Positions 37,201 through 57,134 are shown, counted from the stretch's first letter. The stretch: 64,000 bases of DNA from Tubiluchus corallicola (GCA_030141605.1 JAQGDQ010000016.1:62001-126000), one strand, 5' to 3'. Notes: a model not told the origin generated them from the sequence alone. Numbers and translations: made by a program.

Positions 37201-40200
37201 AAAGTTTGGCCATCTAATTACAGGCTCAGCGGGTCATGTTACAACACACTGGGCAGAAGTTTTTCAAAGGACCAAATTCTCTGTAACATTTTGTTTGTCA
37301 TCTGTATTTGTCTCCGCCAGATGGGATGCACCACTTGGTCTTAACCACACCCACCCTGGTATATTGAGAAAAGATGGGTTTTTTTCTGTTTTAACAAAAC
37401 ATGGAGCAGCTAATTGTTATACTGTTGATCTCGTCATAAAGAAATTGACCTTTAGTGATATTACAGACTTTGCTTTAATGATTGCTGGAATGTCAGAGCT
37501 GAAGAGTCGTGTTTTGCAGATATTTTGTAAGTTTATCTTTGCATTATTGTAATTTGTACAACTTCGGTGCATTCTTATTACCTTAACTTCAACTTTACTG
37601 TCCTGTCCTGTCCTGTCCTGTCCTGTCCTGTCCTGTCCTGTCATGCCCTGTCCTGTCCTGCTTTGTCCTGTTCTGTCATCTCCTGTTTTGTCCTTTTAAA
37701 CGTAGAGAACTTTTGCTGCAGTTAATGTGAGTGATTTTGAAAACAGACTATAGCCTCAGTCGTTTTTTAGAGTTCTTTTGATAACAGACTATAATCTCTG
37801 TCGTTTTTTAAAGTGCTTTTGGAAACAGACCATAGTCTCGGTCGTTTTTAGAGTGCTTTTGAAAACAGACTATAGTCTCGGTCGTTTTTAGAGTGCTTTT
37901 GAAAACAGACCATAATCTCGGTCGTTTTTAGAGTGCTTTTGAAAACAGACCATTGTCTCGGTCGTTTTTAGAGTGCTTTTGAAAACAGACTATAGTCTCG
38001 ATCGTTTTTAGAGTGCTTTTGAAAACAGACTATAGTCTCGGTCGTTTTTAGAGTGCTTTTGAAAACAGACTATAGTCTCGGTCGTTTTTAGAGTGCTTTT
38101 GAAAACAGACTATAGTCTCGGTCGTTTTTAGAGTGCTTTTGAAAACAGACCATAGTCTCGGTCGTTTTTAGAGTGCTTTTGAAAACAGACCATAGTCTCA
38201 GTCGTTTTTAGAGTGCTTTTGAAAACAGACTATAGTCTCGGTCGTTTTTAGAGTGCTTTTGAAAACAGACTATAGCCTCAGTCGGTTCTTAGAGTGCTTT
38301 TGAAAACAGACCATAGTCTCAGTCGGTTTTTAGAGTGCTCTTGAAAACAGACTATAGCCTCAGTCGTTTTTAGAGTGCTTTTGAAAACAGACCATAGTCT
38401 CGGTCGTTTTTAGAGTGCTTTTGAAAACAGACTATAGTCTCGGTCGTTTTTAGATTGCTTTTGAAAACAGACCATAGTCTCAGTCGTTTTTAGAGTGCTT
38501 TTGAACACAGACCATAGTCTCAGTCGGTTTTTAGAGTGCTTTTGAAAACAGACTATAGCCTCAGTCGTTTTCTAGTTATGAAACGATAGCAGTTTACCAC
38601 CCAGTTTAAAGTTTGGTCAACAATTGATATCAAATTTTTTTTTTTCGTTTTTTATTCCCTGTTTTGCAGTATGTTATAATTATATTAATTATTTTTGTTT
38701 CGAATTGTTGCACAAATCAGATCTGGTTTGCATAAGTTACATTACAGTTGGGTTAATTTATACTGTTCAGCGAAATTGTATAGCACACTACGTCATTTAA
38801 AATCTCAGCACACTAAACGATGAAATACATTAAAATTCGTAAGATGCACAGAAATTTAAAATACATTAAAAAAATGAAGAGTCATAAATATTAAAAATTA
38901 AAAAAAATTAAAAAAATGAGTGGGCACAATCTGCTACTAAATCCGCGTTTTAAGAGTAAATTGTTCCTTTTCAATTTTACTGATCACTAAAAATTAGCCA
39001 AGTTCACACTTACTCGCAATCGGGTACCTTTTTAACGTACAGCCAAGCACAAAACGTAAAACCTAAAATGGTCAAAGGTTAAGTGTACCAGACAACGCAT
39101 TTATGTACACTTGACAACGCCTCGCAGCTCATGCTATTGTTATACTAACAGTGTTCTGCAGATAACTAGAATCTTACCTAGTTCATTTTTTCTTGGTCCC
39201 AAGCAAGTTCCTGTTAATAAATCAGCCTACGCACAGACTAATGCATAGTTAAGAAAATTTCTCATAAAACAACTGGCGTTACTGAACCGGTGCGACAGAC
39301 GGTTCCGCTTTCCCCACACGTCCTGTGATGGTGTAGTTAAGACGCATTGCTGTGGTACACTTAACCTTTGACCTGCAACAACGGCGGCACTGCGTTGTAT
39401 TGAAGTCTGTCTTGTAATTCTCGTAATCTTTTCCTGAAATAATGAATATTTTTTTAAAAAAGGCGTTCCCGTTTCTGCAAATGAGTCTGCCACACCTGCT
39501 ACAACTTTCCCAAGTGAACTTTTTGGAGAAGTGGACTTGAAATTTACATTCTGTTGTCGTCCGAAATTCGTAACAGCAAAGTGGATCTGGAGCGACGGAA
39601 GCATAAATCTTCCACCGTCGGATCCACGTGGAAACGATGGTGATCGCTTTACCGCAAGGATTGGAGTTTTTAATAACACTTGCTACGAAGCGGTGCTGGA
39701 GATACGACCTGTGCGCAGAACCGACTTGAGAACTTACACGTTGATTGTCAACAATGGAAAAACTGATGTAAAATTTGTAGCTGTCGTTGGTAAGTTGCAG
39801 AATACTTTACATAAACATAAAACCTTTTGTAATAGTTAACGTATTGTATATAACGATATCAATATATACATATATTTACAATAATGACATCATATGTACA
39901 TGCCTCTATTCCCAGGCGACATTTTTACAATTTTTTGGGTATAGCATGGAATTTATATAGGAATAACTTGCAGACTGGACTAGAGAGAGAAGGAGAAAGA
40001 AGAAAAAATACATATACAGGTAGCTAGACAGATAGACAGACAGAGGGAGAGAGAGAGAGAGAGAGAGGGGGGGAGAGATTTTGATCAAAAACGGGCGAAT
40101 TCAAAAATACCTGTTTCCTAAATCCTGCAGAAGGATAGACCTTCCTGGCTAACATTGTCCAGTCGAGAAGGCGCCAGATGCACTAAATACAATCTGTCTA

Positions 40201-43200
40201 TCCATTTATCTATTCGTCCATCCGTCCGTCTGTCCGCCCGTCCGTCCGTCTGTCCGTCCGTCCGTCCGTCCATCCATCCATCAATCCATCCATCCGTCCA
40301 TCCATCCATACATCCGTCCACCCATCTATTCACCGGGCGTCCAATGCACTAAATACAATTTTTAGAGTGCAGTTCTGACATTTGGACTTTTTTTCAGAAA
40401 GGACTCATTTCAGCAGAATGGTGAGAATCATTTTCGTTGTCATGTGCGTCATGATTTTCGCTGTTGTAATTCCTATCGTGGTTGTTTATGTTTATGCCCA
40501 GCGACTTTGGTGTTTTAAAGGTATGTGCAACATCAGTCTAATAATTATATGTGAGCTCTCTCTCCACTGAGACTTACGTATGATCATTGACACGAACGAA
40601 ATGATGAATGTCGTTTAAAGTCTCAAATTTAGTCCCTTTCTTTTAGTAATTTTTGCGTTAACAGGCCTCATCAGCTGAACAGACTTGTACTACTAATCTA
40701 CTAACCTACTAACCTTTAGTACTATGCTCTCTCAGGTTAGTAGCCTTAACTGACATGTTCTACTAACCCAAGGCAGCGTAGCACTAACCCCTCTCAGGGT
40801 AGCAGCACAAGTCTGTTAAGCTTTTTTTCAAACGGAAAATTAATTGTGTTTGTGCCTTAGAACGCAGCAAAATGTGAGCCTATAACATGTAGACATGAAC
40901 ATTATAAATCTCCCTAATAAGCCTTTTTACAGTTCCGTTGCGCGTATGGGCAGTTGTTGTAGGCCAAAGGCACAGCAGCGCATCTTACCTACAACCGTCA
41001 CGTGATGTGTGGGAAAAGCAAAGCCGTTTTTCGCCTCAGTTCATTAACTTCAGTTGTTTTTGCATGAACTTTACTTAATTATGCATTAGTCTGCGCGATG
41101 TAGAGTGATTTACTAGCAGTATCTTGCTTGGAACTAGAAAAAATGAACTAGGTAAGGGTCCAGGTAGCTGTTAAAACGGTTACTATTACAGCAGTTTGGG
41201 GGCACCACTCAATAACAAACGTATTTTTTAACTTACTGACAAGATACAGTAATTTTAAATTTTACTTAGTTAGTGATCGAGGTGTGTGCTACGAATGCTC
41301 TGATTATTTTCTCATACTTTACACAATGTTTTCTACACTTGTTTCAAATAACGTATCGTCAAAATGGCTGCGTCTAACGGTCATCTCGGTAGTTTTATAC
41401 AGCGTTATTGACGACGCAAGTCTAATTTGTAAAAAGGCAGTATGTAAGTGGTATAAAATTTCAGACGAATTTTTTAAGCTTTATGTAAGTTGAGGGTTTT
41501 CTTGTGCTTTAAAGATTCGTTTAATTTGTTTGTTAAAACAGCGCATCTTTCTGTTGTATAAGGTCATTACAACATTTCATCAATAAGCTTTTCACTCCAT
41601 TCTTATCTGTGCGTCAAAAGAAAAATTTTGAAATAAAAAAAGTTACTGTTGAAACAACATCCCACATTCCTACTAAGCATATTCTTAAGTAATTACTTAC
41701 TTGAGTTCATTCCAATTACAGTCGTAACTTTCATTCGTTTTGATCATAACTTTAGATACTTTTGTAACATTTCACTACTCATAGACGTGGATAGACATAT
41801 GCCTTGGACGTAGACGCATTCCTATATGCGTAGTTTACTGATGTTTGTGAATTGTTGACTGTACTTATGACTTAAACACGAATCCACACATAATCACAAA
41901 CATCAGTAAACTACCCATACAGGAATTCGTCTACGTCTTGGCATATGTCTACCCACGTCTATGAGTAGTGAAATGTTACACAAGTATCTAAAGTATCCAC
42001 ACATAAGTCATTTATTTCGTGTAATACATTTACAACAATTGGTGTAACAGAGGTGTTTGTTTGTGTCGACAGCTCATGCGTGAGCACAGCGGTAAATTTG
42101 AAACTTGAATTTCTATCTTGAAACTTGCCTAGTTTTATTACAACACACTGAATATCTTACTGTAGCGCTTCAATTTTTGCTTTCGCAAACACCTGCAACG
42201 CACTCATGGATGTTTTTGCTGTTGGAAATTGTCATCAATAGGTGGGCTTGCCCACCGTTAATTAAGTTTTTAATCTATAATTTAATCAGAAACGCTATTA
42301 TCAGTATTAATTGTGTTGAAATGTATACTTTTTATCGGATTTGAAAATTGGGTAGTATATGAAAAATCATTCTGTCTTCTTTGTGGTTTGAGATACCTGT
42401 GTTGGCGAAAAAAAGCGTTATTGTTGTTATTAATAAGCTGCTTATCTTTGGCTCGCATTGACAAAGGTTTTTCACCCTATCTATAAGGTTATTAATAAAA
42501 CGAATTACTCCGTGATAAAATTTGTTTTGATGTTTCGCAAAAAATATGACTTGTGACTTACGACTTAAACACGAATCCACATCAGTACAATCAACAATTC
42601 AAAAACATAAGTAAACTACCCATACAGGAAATCGTCTTCGTCTAGGCAAATGTCTACTTACATCCATCAGCAGTGAAATGTTACAAAAGCATTTAAAGTT
42701 ATGAACAAAACAAATTTGTCTTTCACAAAATTAGGGTAATAATCGCTTGACACCTAGACTGTAATGGGAATGCACTCGATTAAGTAATTGCTTAATAATA
42801 CTACAAAACGTGCTTAGTATGAATGTGTAACAATGTTTCAGCTGTAACTTTTTATTTATCTCAAAATTTTCTCCTCTAATGCACAGATAAGGACTGAACG
42901 AAAATGTTGCTGATGAAAAGTAGAATCCACAGTTTGTGTTTTGCTTCATGCTGATTTTTGTACCAACTGTCCATGAAAGAAAGTATTTTTTTATCAAAGA
43001 ATCTCCTGTGCAATACAATTATGAAGATTACGAAGAGGAAGAAGAAGAGGCCAGTGAAGAAGAAAGCGAATATGAGGATGAAGAATCATATTACTCCAAG
43101 TCTGAAGGGAGAAGCGAAGCAACGGAAACAACCACAACTGAAGAAGACGAGCTATGGTTGAGCCTGGCTAGTATTGTACCAGAGTTCGTAAAACCTACTA

Positions 43201-43646
43201 CCACTTTCATCATTGTCTGTGTTGTTGTTGCTGTTGCTGTTGTCGTCGTCTGTATTGCTGATGAACGCGTCGATCGTTTTAAGTTCCGATCTCAGCAAAA
43301 ATTATGCACGCATCAGCGTGCTGACACATTGTCGACTTTTGTCTTCCAACTTTTATCACTAGCATATTTCAGGGTAAAAGGCTGTCAATAAACTTTTGCA
43401 GGCAGCCTTTCATCAGCCAACTAAAATCACAAGTGTCGTTGTCTTTGTACTTTAATCAGGAGTTGTGGATGTCCTATAAAGTTATTAAAACGTTAATTGA
43501 CGGTTGACCTACTTTTTGGTAAAAATCGTAGTGTGATATTACAGTTGGTCAAACTGATGCTGAAAACATAATTTTGCTGACAATTTTTTCTTTTTTCTGC
43601 TTCGCCGTACCTGACTCCGTGCCCGTATAAAAGACTTCTAGTTGTT

Positions 43647-43681
<35 letters not shown>

Positions 43682-43941
43682 TGTAGTTGGTGGTGTGGTG
43701 GTGGTGATTTTGGCTGTGGCTGTGGTAGTTTTTTTAGTGGTGGTGGTTGTGTCAGTGATGGTGACGGTGGTGTATGGTGGTGGTGGTGGTTGAGGTTGTG
43801 GTTGTGTTGGTGTTTTTGGTGCTGTTGTTGTTGTTAGTGGTGCTGGTAAGGTATTTTTATTCTACTTTTTCTTCGTATGAAAAGTAATCAATTACTACTT
43901 TGTTTGACAGGAAACAAACTCGCAGCAGAGCATTTCTATAG
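31186..43941 (+). CDS. Type I membrane immunoglobulin-superfamily adhesion protein (5 Ig-like domains, Kirrel/nephrin- and Fasciclin-III-like), ~660 aa
   Basis: Exons 31186-31234, 32522-32563, 33157-33477, 33972-34112, ~35500-35724, 36071-36334, 37224-37526, 39463-39789, 40398-40520, 43000-~43156 and ~43911-43941. All ectodomain and TM introns are phase 1. Signal peptide, Ig C-W-C motifs, TM segment and acidic tail are present. The last junction is uncertain. Confidence 0.85.
31292..31790. repeat. 29-bp minisatellite containing E-boxes
   Basis: About 17 units of CTAGTGTTACCTCACGTGAATCGCAAAA-like sequence. Confidence 0.92.
32522..32563 (+). CDS. IgSF exon 2 (42-bp mini-exon)
   Basis: Pyrimidine tract + CATAG; [14 protein letters not shown]+C; donor GTAAGG; phase 1-1; completes the signal peptide. 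Confidence 0.6.
33157..33477 (+). CDS. IgSF exon 3 (Ig domain 1)
   Basis: [20 protein letters not shown]...VVWW...[10 protein letters not shown]...DGIYYCQ...SSRAKIIVF; donor GTAAGT. Confidence 0.92.
33525..33893. mobile_element. Degenerate palindromic MITE
   Basis: CTAGCAGAGTTTTCTCGCCAAATAACTGACAAA...AGTAAGCATGAG..TCTCTATTCACT is mirrored by AGTGAATAGAGA..CTCGTGCTTACT...TTTGTCAGTTACTTGGCAAAAAAACTCGCTAG. Confidence 0.7.
33972..34112 (+). CDS. IgSF exon 4 (Ig domain 2, N-half)
   Basis: TTTACAG acceptor; KCGNITSEV...[20 protein letters not shown]; donor GTAAGT. Confidence 0.85.
35500..35724 (+). CDS. IgSF exon 5 (Ig domain 2, C-half)
   Basis: ...[30 protein letters not shown]...KRLNVE; donor GTAAGT. 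The start may be 35485, 35500 or 35506, all in phase. Confidence 0.85.
35845..36022. repeat. Degenerate (GAT)n microsatellite
   Basis: Directly visible. Confidence 0.9.
36071..36334 (+). CDS. IgSF exon 6 (Ig domain 3)
   Basis: YMMSVNIS...[15 protein letters not shown]...[14 protein letters not shown]...VTII; donor GTAAGT. Confidence 0.9.
37224..37526 (+). CDS. IgSF exon 7 (atypical Ig domain 4)
   Basis: TTACAG acceptor; ...[16 protein letters not shown]...[24 protein letters not shown]...; donor GTAAGT. Confidence 0.8.
37598..37693. repeat. (TGTCC)n microsatellite
   Basis: Directly visible. Confidence 0.92.
37735..38572. repeat. 40-bp minisatellite, ~21 copies
   Basis: Unit GAAAACAGACTATAGTCTCGGTCGTTTTTAGAGTGCTTTT. 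Confidence 0.95.
39070..39373 (+). mobile_element. MITE family copy a (others: b ~40916-41200 -, c ~45112-45480 -, d 47757-48120 +, e ~49780-50066 -, f ~57860-58247 +)
   Basis: Inverted ends GGTCAAAGGTTAAGTGTACCA / TGGTACACTTAACCTTTGACC; shared core TTACCTAGTTCATTTT..CCCAAGCAAG; fuller copies have outer TIRs AATAAGCCTTTTTACAGTT. Confidence 0.85.
39463..39789 (+). CDS. IgSF exon 8 (atypical Ig domain 5)
   Basis: ...[16 protein letters not shown]...DRFTAR...[27 protein letters not shown]...; donor GTAAGT. Confidence 0.85.
40194..40330. repeat. (TCCG)n/(TCCA)n microsatellite
   Basis: Directly visible. Confidence 0.9.
40398..40520 (+). CDS. IgSF exon 9 (transmembrane)
   Basis: TTTTCAG acceptor; [24 protein letters not shown] then QRLWCFK; donor GTATGT. 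Confidence 0.9.
41737..42712. mobile_element. Rearranged long-TIR MITE (one left arm, two right arms)
   Basis: Left arm 41737-41868 is inverted at 41893-41996 and again at 42584-42712; the interior 42064-42320 has an inverted homologue at ~62355-62640. Confidence 0.75.
43000..43156 (+). CDS. IgSF exon 10 (acidic Tyr-rich cytoplasmic tail)
   Basis: [52 protein letters not shown]; 3' boundary uncertain (weak donors at 43157 and 43171). Confidence 0.75.
43640..43845. repeat. (GTT)n/(GGT)n microsatellite
   Basis: Directly visible. Confidence 0.9.
43911..43941 (+). CDS. IgSF probable terminal exon
   Basis: Good acceptor TTTGTTTGACAG. Phase 2 gives [10 protein letters not shown]; phase 1 would give ...[22 protein letters not shown] near 44237. 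Confidence 0.45.
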
Positions 43942-45761
43942 CAACAATCAGTCGCGTGCTGACAGCAACTGTGTGTGATCCTGCTTATAGACGAATCTGG
44001 TCGAACACAAAGCCAACAAGACCAGGCTAGGCTTGAAAGACACGTGATGCCCACGGGTAGTTTCTATGCCAGAAGACCAGGTGTATGATGATCAGGTGTG
44101 GTTGCACATTGTCAAATGGTAAAAGAGCCACTGTTCGGCCACGGTGAATCATCAAAACGAATCTTATTGATTAGAAATCGATAACTTTAGCAGGCCAAGG
44201 AAGTCCAATAGTAATCATGAATTATTATTAACGTGTAATAAAAGCAATTATTATAGAGTTTTTTAATTTGTAGTTGTGTTTTTCTTTTGTTATCTGGTCA
44301 CTTATAGGCTTAATTTTAGTCATTTTGGACTTTATTCAATTGTCCTTCGGGACTGTAAGCGTTTGTTACATTTTGCATGAATTTGTGACTAACTGCTCTC
44401 ACTAAGCAGCAGTTTTTTTACGTTTCTACTCCTCATGCAATGGATTTTCATGTAAAATGATGTTTGAAATTCATTTTCTTACGTTAGACAAATTATAAAT
44501 TATTCTTTTACGAATATATTGAAAAAAGATTCAATAACTGCAGTATCACTTGTGTGAAATCAGCTGATGCAGAAAATTTCAACTATCCAGACACAACACT
44601 CTGATATGCTTTGGCCTCAAGTCTACTCTATTTTTCAAAAGAAGTTTCTGTCAAAAGATGAAACAGCATTAATTTGTTCTTGGCTTATCATTTGGTTTTC
44701 CTGGAATAGCAGCATAGTTTGAGCTGTAGCAGCAGTCGATCAATAAAATAGTGTGTACAATCACGCAAGTGTCCACCAGACTAAGCTACTCACTAGGCTA
44801 AGTTGGAGTGCCTAACGCGAGACGCTTATCACACATTTATTACTAAGTTAGGCCTTGTTTGAGGTCGTTAATATTAATTTTCCATAATTTCTCTTATTCT
44901 GTTATGCAAAAAGTGATTTCAAACGTACGAAAGGCAATTTCAGGCTGTGATGTGAAAGTGTAAGTCGTGAAATCAACTGGGAAAGATACCGTTTGAATAT
45001 CATTATTAATTTCGATTTTTGTACAATAGAATTTACCTTTTGAAGAGTTGATTTCATATTTTGCACATTTGAAATTACGTTGAATCTTGAAGTCACTTTT
45101 TGTGCAGTAAGATTTTTCACAGTTTCGCCATGCACACGCACAGTTGCTTTAGGTCAAAGGTTAAGAGAACCACAGTAACACGTCTTAATTACAACCGTCA
45201 TGTGACATGTGGGTAAAATAAAGCCGTCTATTGCATCAGTTCAGTATCTTCAGTTGTTTTACGTGGAGTTTACGTGACTGTGTGCATTAATATGTGCGTA
45301 GAGCGATTTACTAGCAGAATCTTGTTGGGAACAAGAAGAATAAACTAGGTAAGGCTCTAGCTAACAGTTAAAGCTGTTACTGTTACAGTAGCATAGGGTG
45401 CAAAGCGTTGTCAAGCGTACACAAATGCGAGGTCTGATACACTTAACCTTTGACATCTTCACGATCATCATCAATCAATGGAACCTTGAAAATATTTTTC
45501 GAAAAGAAAAAGAGCACGTATAATCTCAACTAACTAGCAAGCAAAAATTCTCACAAAAATAAAAAAAGGAGAGACTATAAAATGTCACAGTTTAGTCCGA
45601 ATTCAGAAAATGAGATTTATCTTTGCTTAAGTAACAATTTGTAAAACCTCTAAAGCTTTAAAGATTTGTAGCTGTAATGAATGTACCATGGCAATGAATT
45701 TAATTTACTTACTCAGTTCAATGATTATCTTCAATTAAATAACTTTTTATTATTAAATTAA

Positions 45762-53436
<7,675 letters not shown>

Positions 53437-54231
53437 CTTGAATTGTGGTGTTTGGCAAGGAGGCGTCCTGGCACGTTCTTTATTAAACTTTTAAATTAAT
53501 AAAAACAACTGCATTATTTACAAACAGCATTAATTTGCAACAAGCAAAACTCATATATTATTACTAGACACAGTCCTAGAGCACTATTGTGCACCACGGA
53601 ATTTCAAACCTTTGGACTGCATGATGTAGACCATGATGCTACAAGAAAGGTAACTTTCTTATCAAGGTTTCTCTATTTCTATGCATTTTTGCCATTTTCT
53701 TGTCAACATATATCGATTTCCGTGCACATTTGCTATTTTAATGTCGCAATTTCTCGATTTTCGAACATTTTTACTATCTTCTTACTAAGAAGTCTCGATT
53801 TTCCTTCTATCAAGATTTCTGGATTTTTGACATTTTTGGAATTTTCTTTTCAAGATTTCTCGATTTTCCTGCCAACTAAATTTTTAAAACTTTAGTAGTA
53901 CTAGTTTACTAACTCTAAAATGCCTAACGTGCAATACTTACATGCCCACAAAATGATCACGGATAACTAGAGATATTTCAGCATTGTCAAGCTGTTATAT
54001 TGTAGGCTATAAGTGAACTTACGTTATTAGCAAATGCATATGTATTACGACATTCAAAAAAAAAGAAAACAAATAACCGTTTATGTATAAAAAGTTGACA
54101 GTTATTGCCATTGTCGTGTTTTATAGAGTAAGCTTATGTTATTGCCATGTTATAAATTACCTTTTGTTATTATATGAAATAAATGCAGGTATTACGATGT
54201 ACATTCATGTTTGTGTGATTGGATTCAAAAC

Positions 54232-54450
<219 letters not shown>

Positions 54451-54824
54451 TAAACATATATTAATAATATGTTACTAATAGCGGATAGGCGGCTCTGACC
54501 ACTTGTGGTGAGAATAACTACGGTCAGAATTCAGGCCAGCACAGCCATATAAGCAGGCCCTGGGTTCGAATCTTAATTTTTCACTGCTTCCTATTATTTA
54601 GCTGTTAAGGTAACAGTCATAAGCGTGATGTCTTCCTTAATGTAAGCGTGCTTACACATATTAAAATATATATTATAGTTGGTGCAAAAGAGTGCCAAAG
54701 TCAGTATTATTAAAGTTTGTATGAAGTACTTCACGTGTCCATCATTTTCAATTCAAACTAGACGAAGGTGTTTCTTTCAACAGCTGAAACAGTTTCTCAC
54801 CTCTGTAAGGGGTCCCAGCGCTCA

Positions 54825-55150
54825 ACAATTTTAGTGTTTAGCTTCTGAAAATCATGCGCCTCTGTGTGGCCGTCATTCATTTTTCTCTTTAAAGGGAAGG
54901 AAATGTCAAGCCTTGTAGGGGGTTAGGCTTATGTCAGTGTTTGCGAAAAAATGACCGCGACTTTAAAGTAATATTACTAATTACACTTATTGCACTAAAT
55001 CCTTCTGGCATTTTTTGCGAACATTGAAATAAGCCTAACCTCCTAGAAGGCTTGACCTTTCCTTTTCTTTAAAGAGAAAAAATGAATGACGGCCGCACAG
55101 AATCCGCACAGAGGCGCAACAAACGCTGAGGAACTAAACACCAAAATTGT
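54825..55150. mobile_element. Palindromic MITE
   Basis: GGCCGTCATTCATTTTTCTCTTTAAAG..AAGCCTT.TAGG.GGTTAGGCTTAT is mirrored by ATAAGCCTAACCTCCTAGAAGGCTT..CTTTAAAGAGAAAAAATGAATGACGGCC. Confidence 0.8.
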
Positions 55151-55903
55151 CAACCTCCTAGAACGTTTGTTCTTCTCCAGTGGCGGCTCGTAGCTAAAAT
55201 TACCGGGGGTGCTGCTTCAGAAATTTTTTAGCCATTGTTGTAAAAATGTGTAAAAGAAACAAACATGTGCAATTTTAATCTTGTAATTTGTGTTTGTAAT
55301 TTTAGACATACAAACAGCTCATTAATTGTTAGCAGTTTTATTTTATTTTCTCTTTTTACAACCATTGTCACCAAATGAAGTTTAAAGTTGTTATGCAATT
55401 ATGGTTCAATATACAATATAAAAATTAATAGAAAGCATAAAACTAATTTATAAATTTAGCTGATTTAAAATAAAATAGGTTACTAATACTCACGTAGTTG
55501 CGAATTTTATAATAAACACACTAAAAAGCTACTACATAACATGAGATTAGTAAAACACGCATTACATTCCACTGCACAATACGAAACTGACCAACCCCTT
55601 ACTCCTGCTCCGCAAACAGGTTTTTTCTCCAACTATTGCCATCCAGCTGCGAAATAAGTAACTAATTACTAGTCTATTTTGAACGTTAAAAAACAAATGT
55701 GTAAAAAAAAACAAGTAAACAACTTGAAATGTGTAAGTTTGATAATAGTTTTATATTTTTACGATAATGGTAAACGTAACTTAACCCTTACCATATTTTA
55801 GCTGAGCAAATAGGTTTGGAATGTCTTGAAAGAGAATTTAAAACTCTACGTATGATTGCCTTCCATTGGCATCACAATAATGTAACTCACGAAGTGAATA
55901 ATC

Positions 55904-56240
<337 letters not shown>

Positions 56241-56435
56241 GTTTCCATTCAATTAATTCAACTCACTTGAATTCGATTAACTTTTGCACTGAACTTTACT
56301 TCTGTGGGCATTGAAGATCAACCAATCGTCAATTGCCAATAAATCAATTTATGATGATTTCCAATATAAGCGGATCACTGCCGCAAACTTTGTAATACAC
56401 GATTTTAGCTCTTCTCAAAAAATGAAAATAATTAC

Positions 56436-56698
56436 CTTTTCTGATGAAATGTTTATATCTGAAGCCATATCAGATGCACTGTGCCATGTCTCGAACAATG
56501 CATTTATATTTGCGCATGCAAGTAAAGCCTGTACATTCCACAATACTGTTCACTTCATTATCTGTTAGATCAATTGCAATCTGTTAATAAGTGGTGGTGG
56601 TGGTGGTGGTGGTGGTGATGATGATCATGATCATGATGATTATGAGGATGATGATGATGATGGTGGTGGTAGTGATGGTAATGGTAATGGTGATGGTG

Positions 56699-56729
<31 letters not shown>

Positions 56730-57134
56730 AGATGATAATAATAAAATTAGTAAAATCCCCTCAATATATACTTTATATTACTCTATAAGGCACAAAGTTA
56801 ATTTATACTACCGTTTTATAGAATTCTTTTAAAAATCGCAAATGGAAGACTACTCCCTAAATCAAAGACCACATTTAAAAATGCGACATTAGATATGTCG
56901 TTTCGTTATATGTGAATTACAGAGAATGATAAAACCATTGAATCTCCAAGAGCCGAAATTGTATTTTCACTCATAAAATTATTGCTTCAGCAGAATTACT
57001 AGCGTAAGGTTAGGTGGTATTTTGTAATACTATCACTTTACATTAATAGATTGTACTGACTTTGTTAATGTCTTCATAGTTTAGATAAAGGATGTTACCG
57101 TGATCTCTTAACTCCCACCAAGTTCCTAACGGTA
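56436..57134 (-). pseudogene. Sulfotransferase pseudogene relic (exon 4 and exon 5 homologues)
   Basis: 57134-57061 reads xPLGTW-WELRDHGNILYLNYEDINK, missing the 21 nt that encode FDHVTKW. 56580-56436 reads IAIDLTDNEVNSIVECTGFTCMRKY...HFIRKG with internal deletions, a shifted ALFETW segment and an in-frame TGA. Splice dinucleotides are retained. Confidence 0.85.
56591..56742. repeat. (GGT)n/(GAT)n microsatellite
   Basis: Directly visible; abuts the truncated pseudo-exon. Confidence 0.92.

Noticed and set aside
37735-38572. CRISPR array (GTTTTTAGAG...GAAAAC resembles type II repeats)
   Set aside because: The intervening 17-mers are near-identical rather than unique spacers, no cas genes are present, and it lies in a eukaryotic intron.
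43157-43391. Second transmembrane segment ([18 protein letters not shown]) in ORF 42936-43391
   Set aside because: It derives from a (GTT)n-like run and most likely lies in the intron; not formally excluded because the donor is weak.
54478-54575. tRNA gene (GGTTCGAATC B-box)
   Set aside because: No cloverleaf or acceptor stem; at best a decayed SINE head.
56470-56472. In-frame TGA as selenocysteine in the third SULT copy
   Set aside because: It falls in a frameshifted segment between two deletions, and the adjacent exon lacks the conserved FDH.
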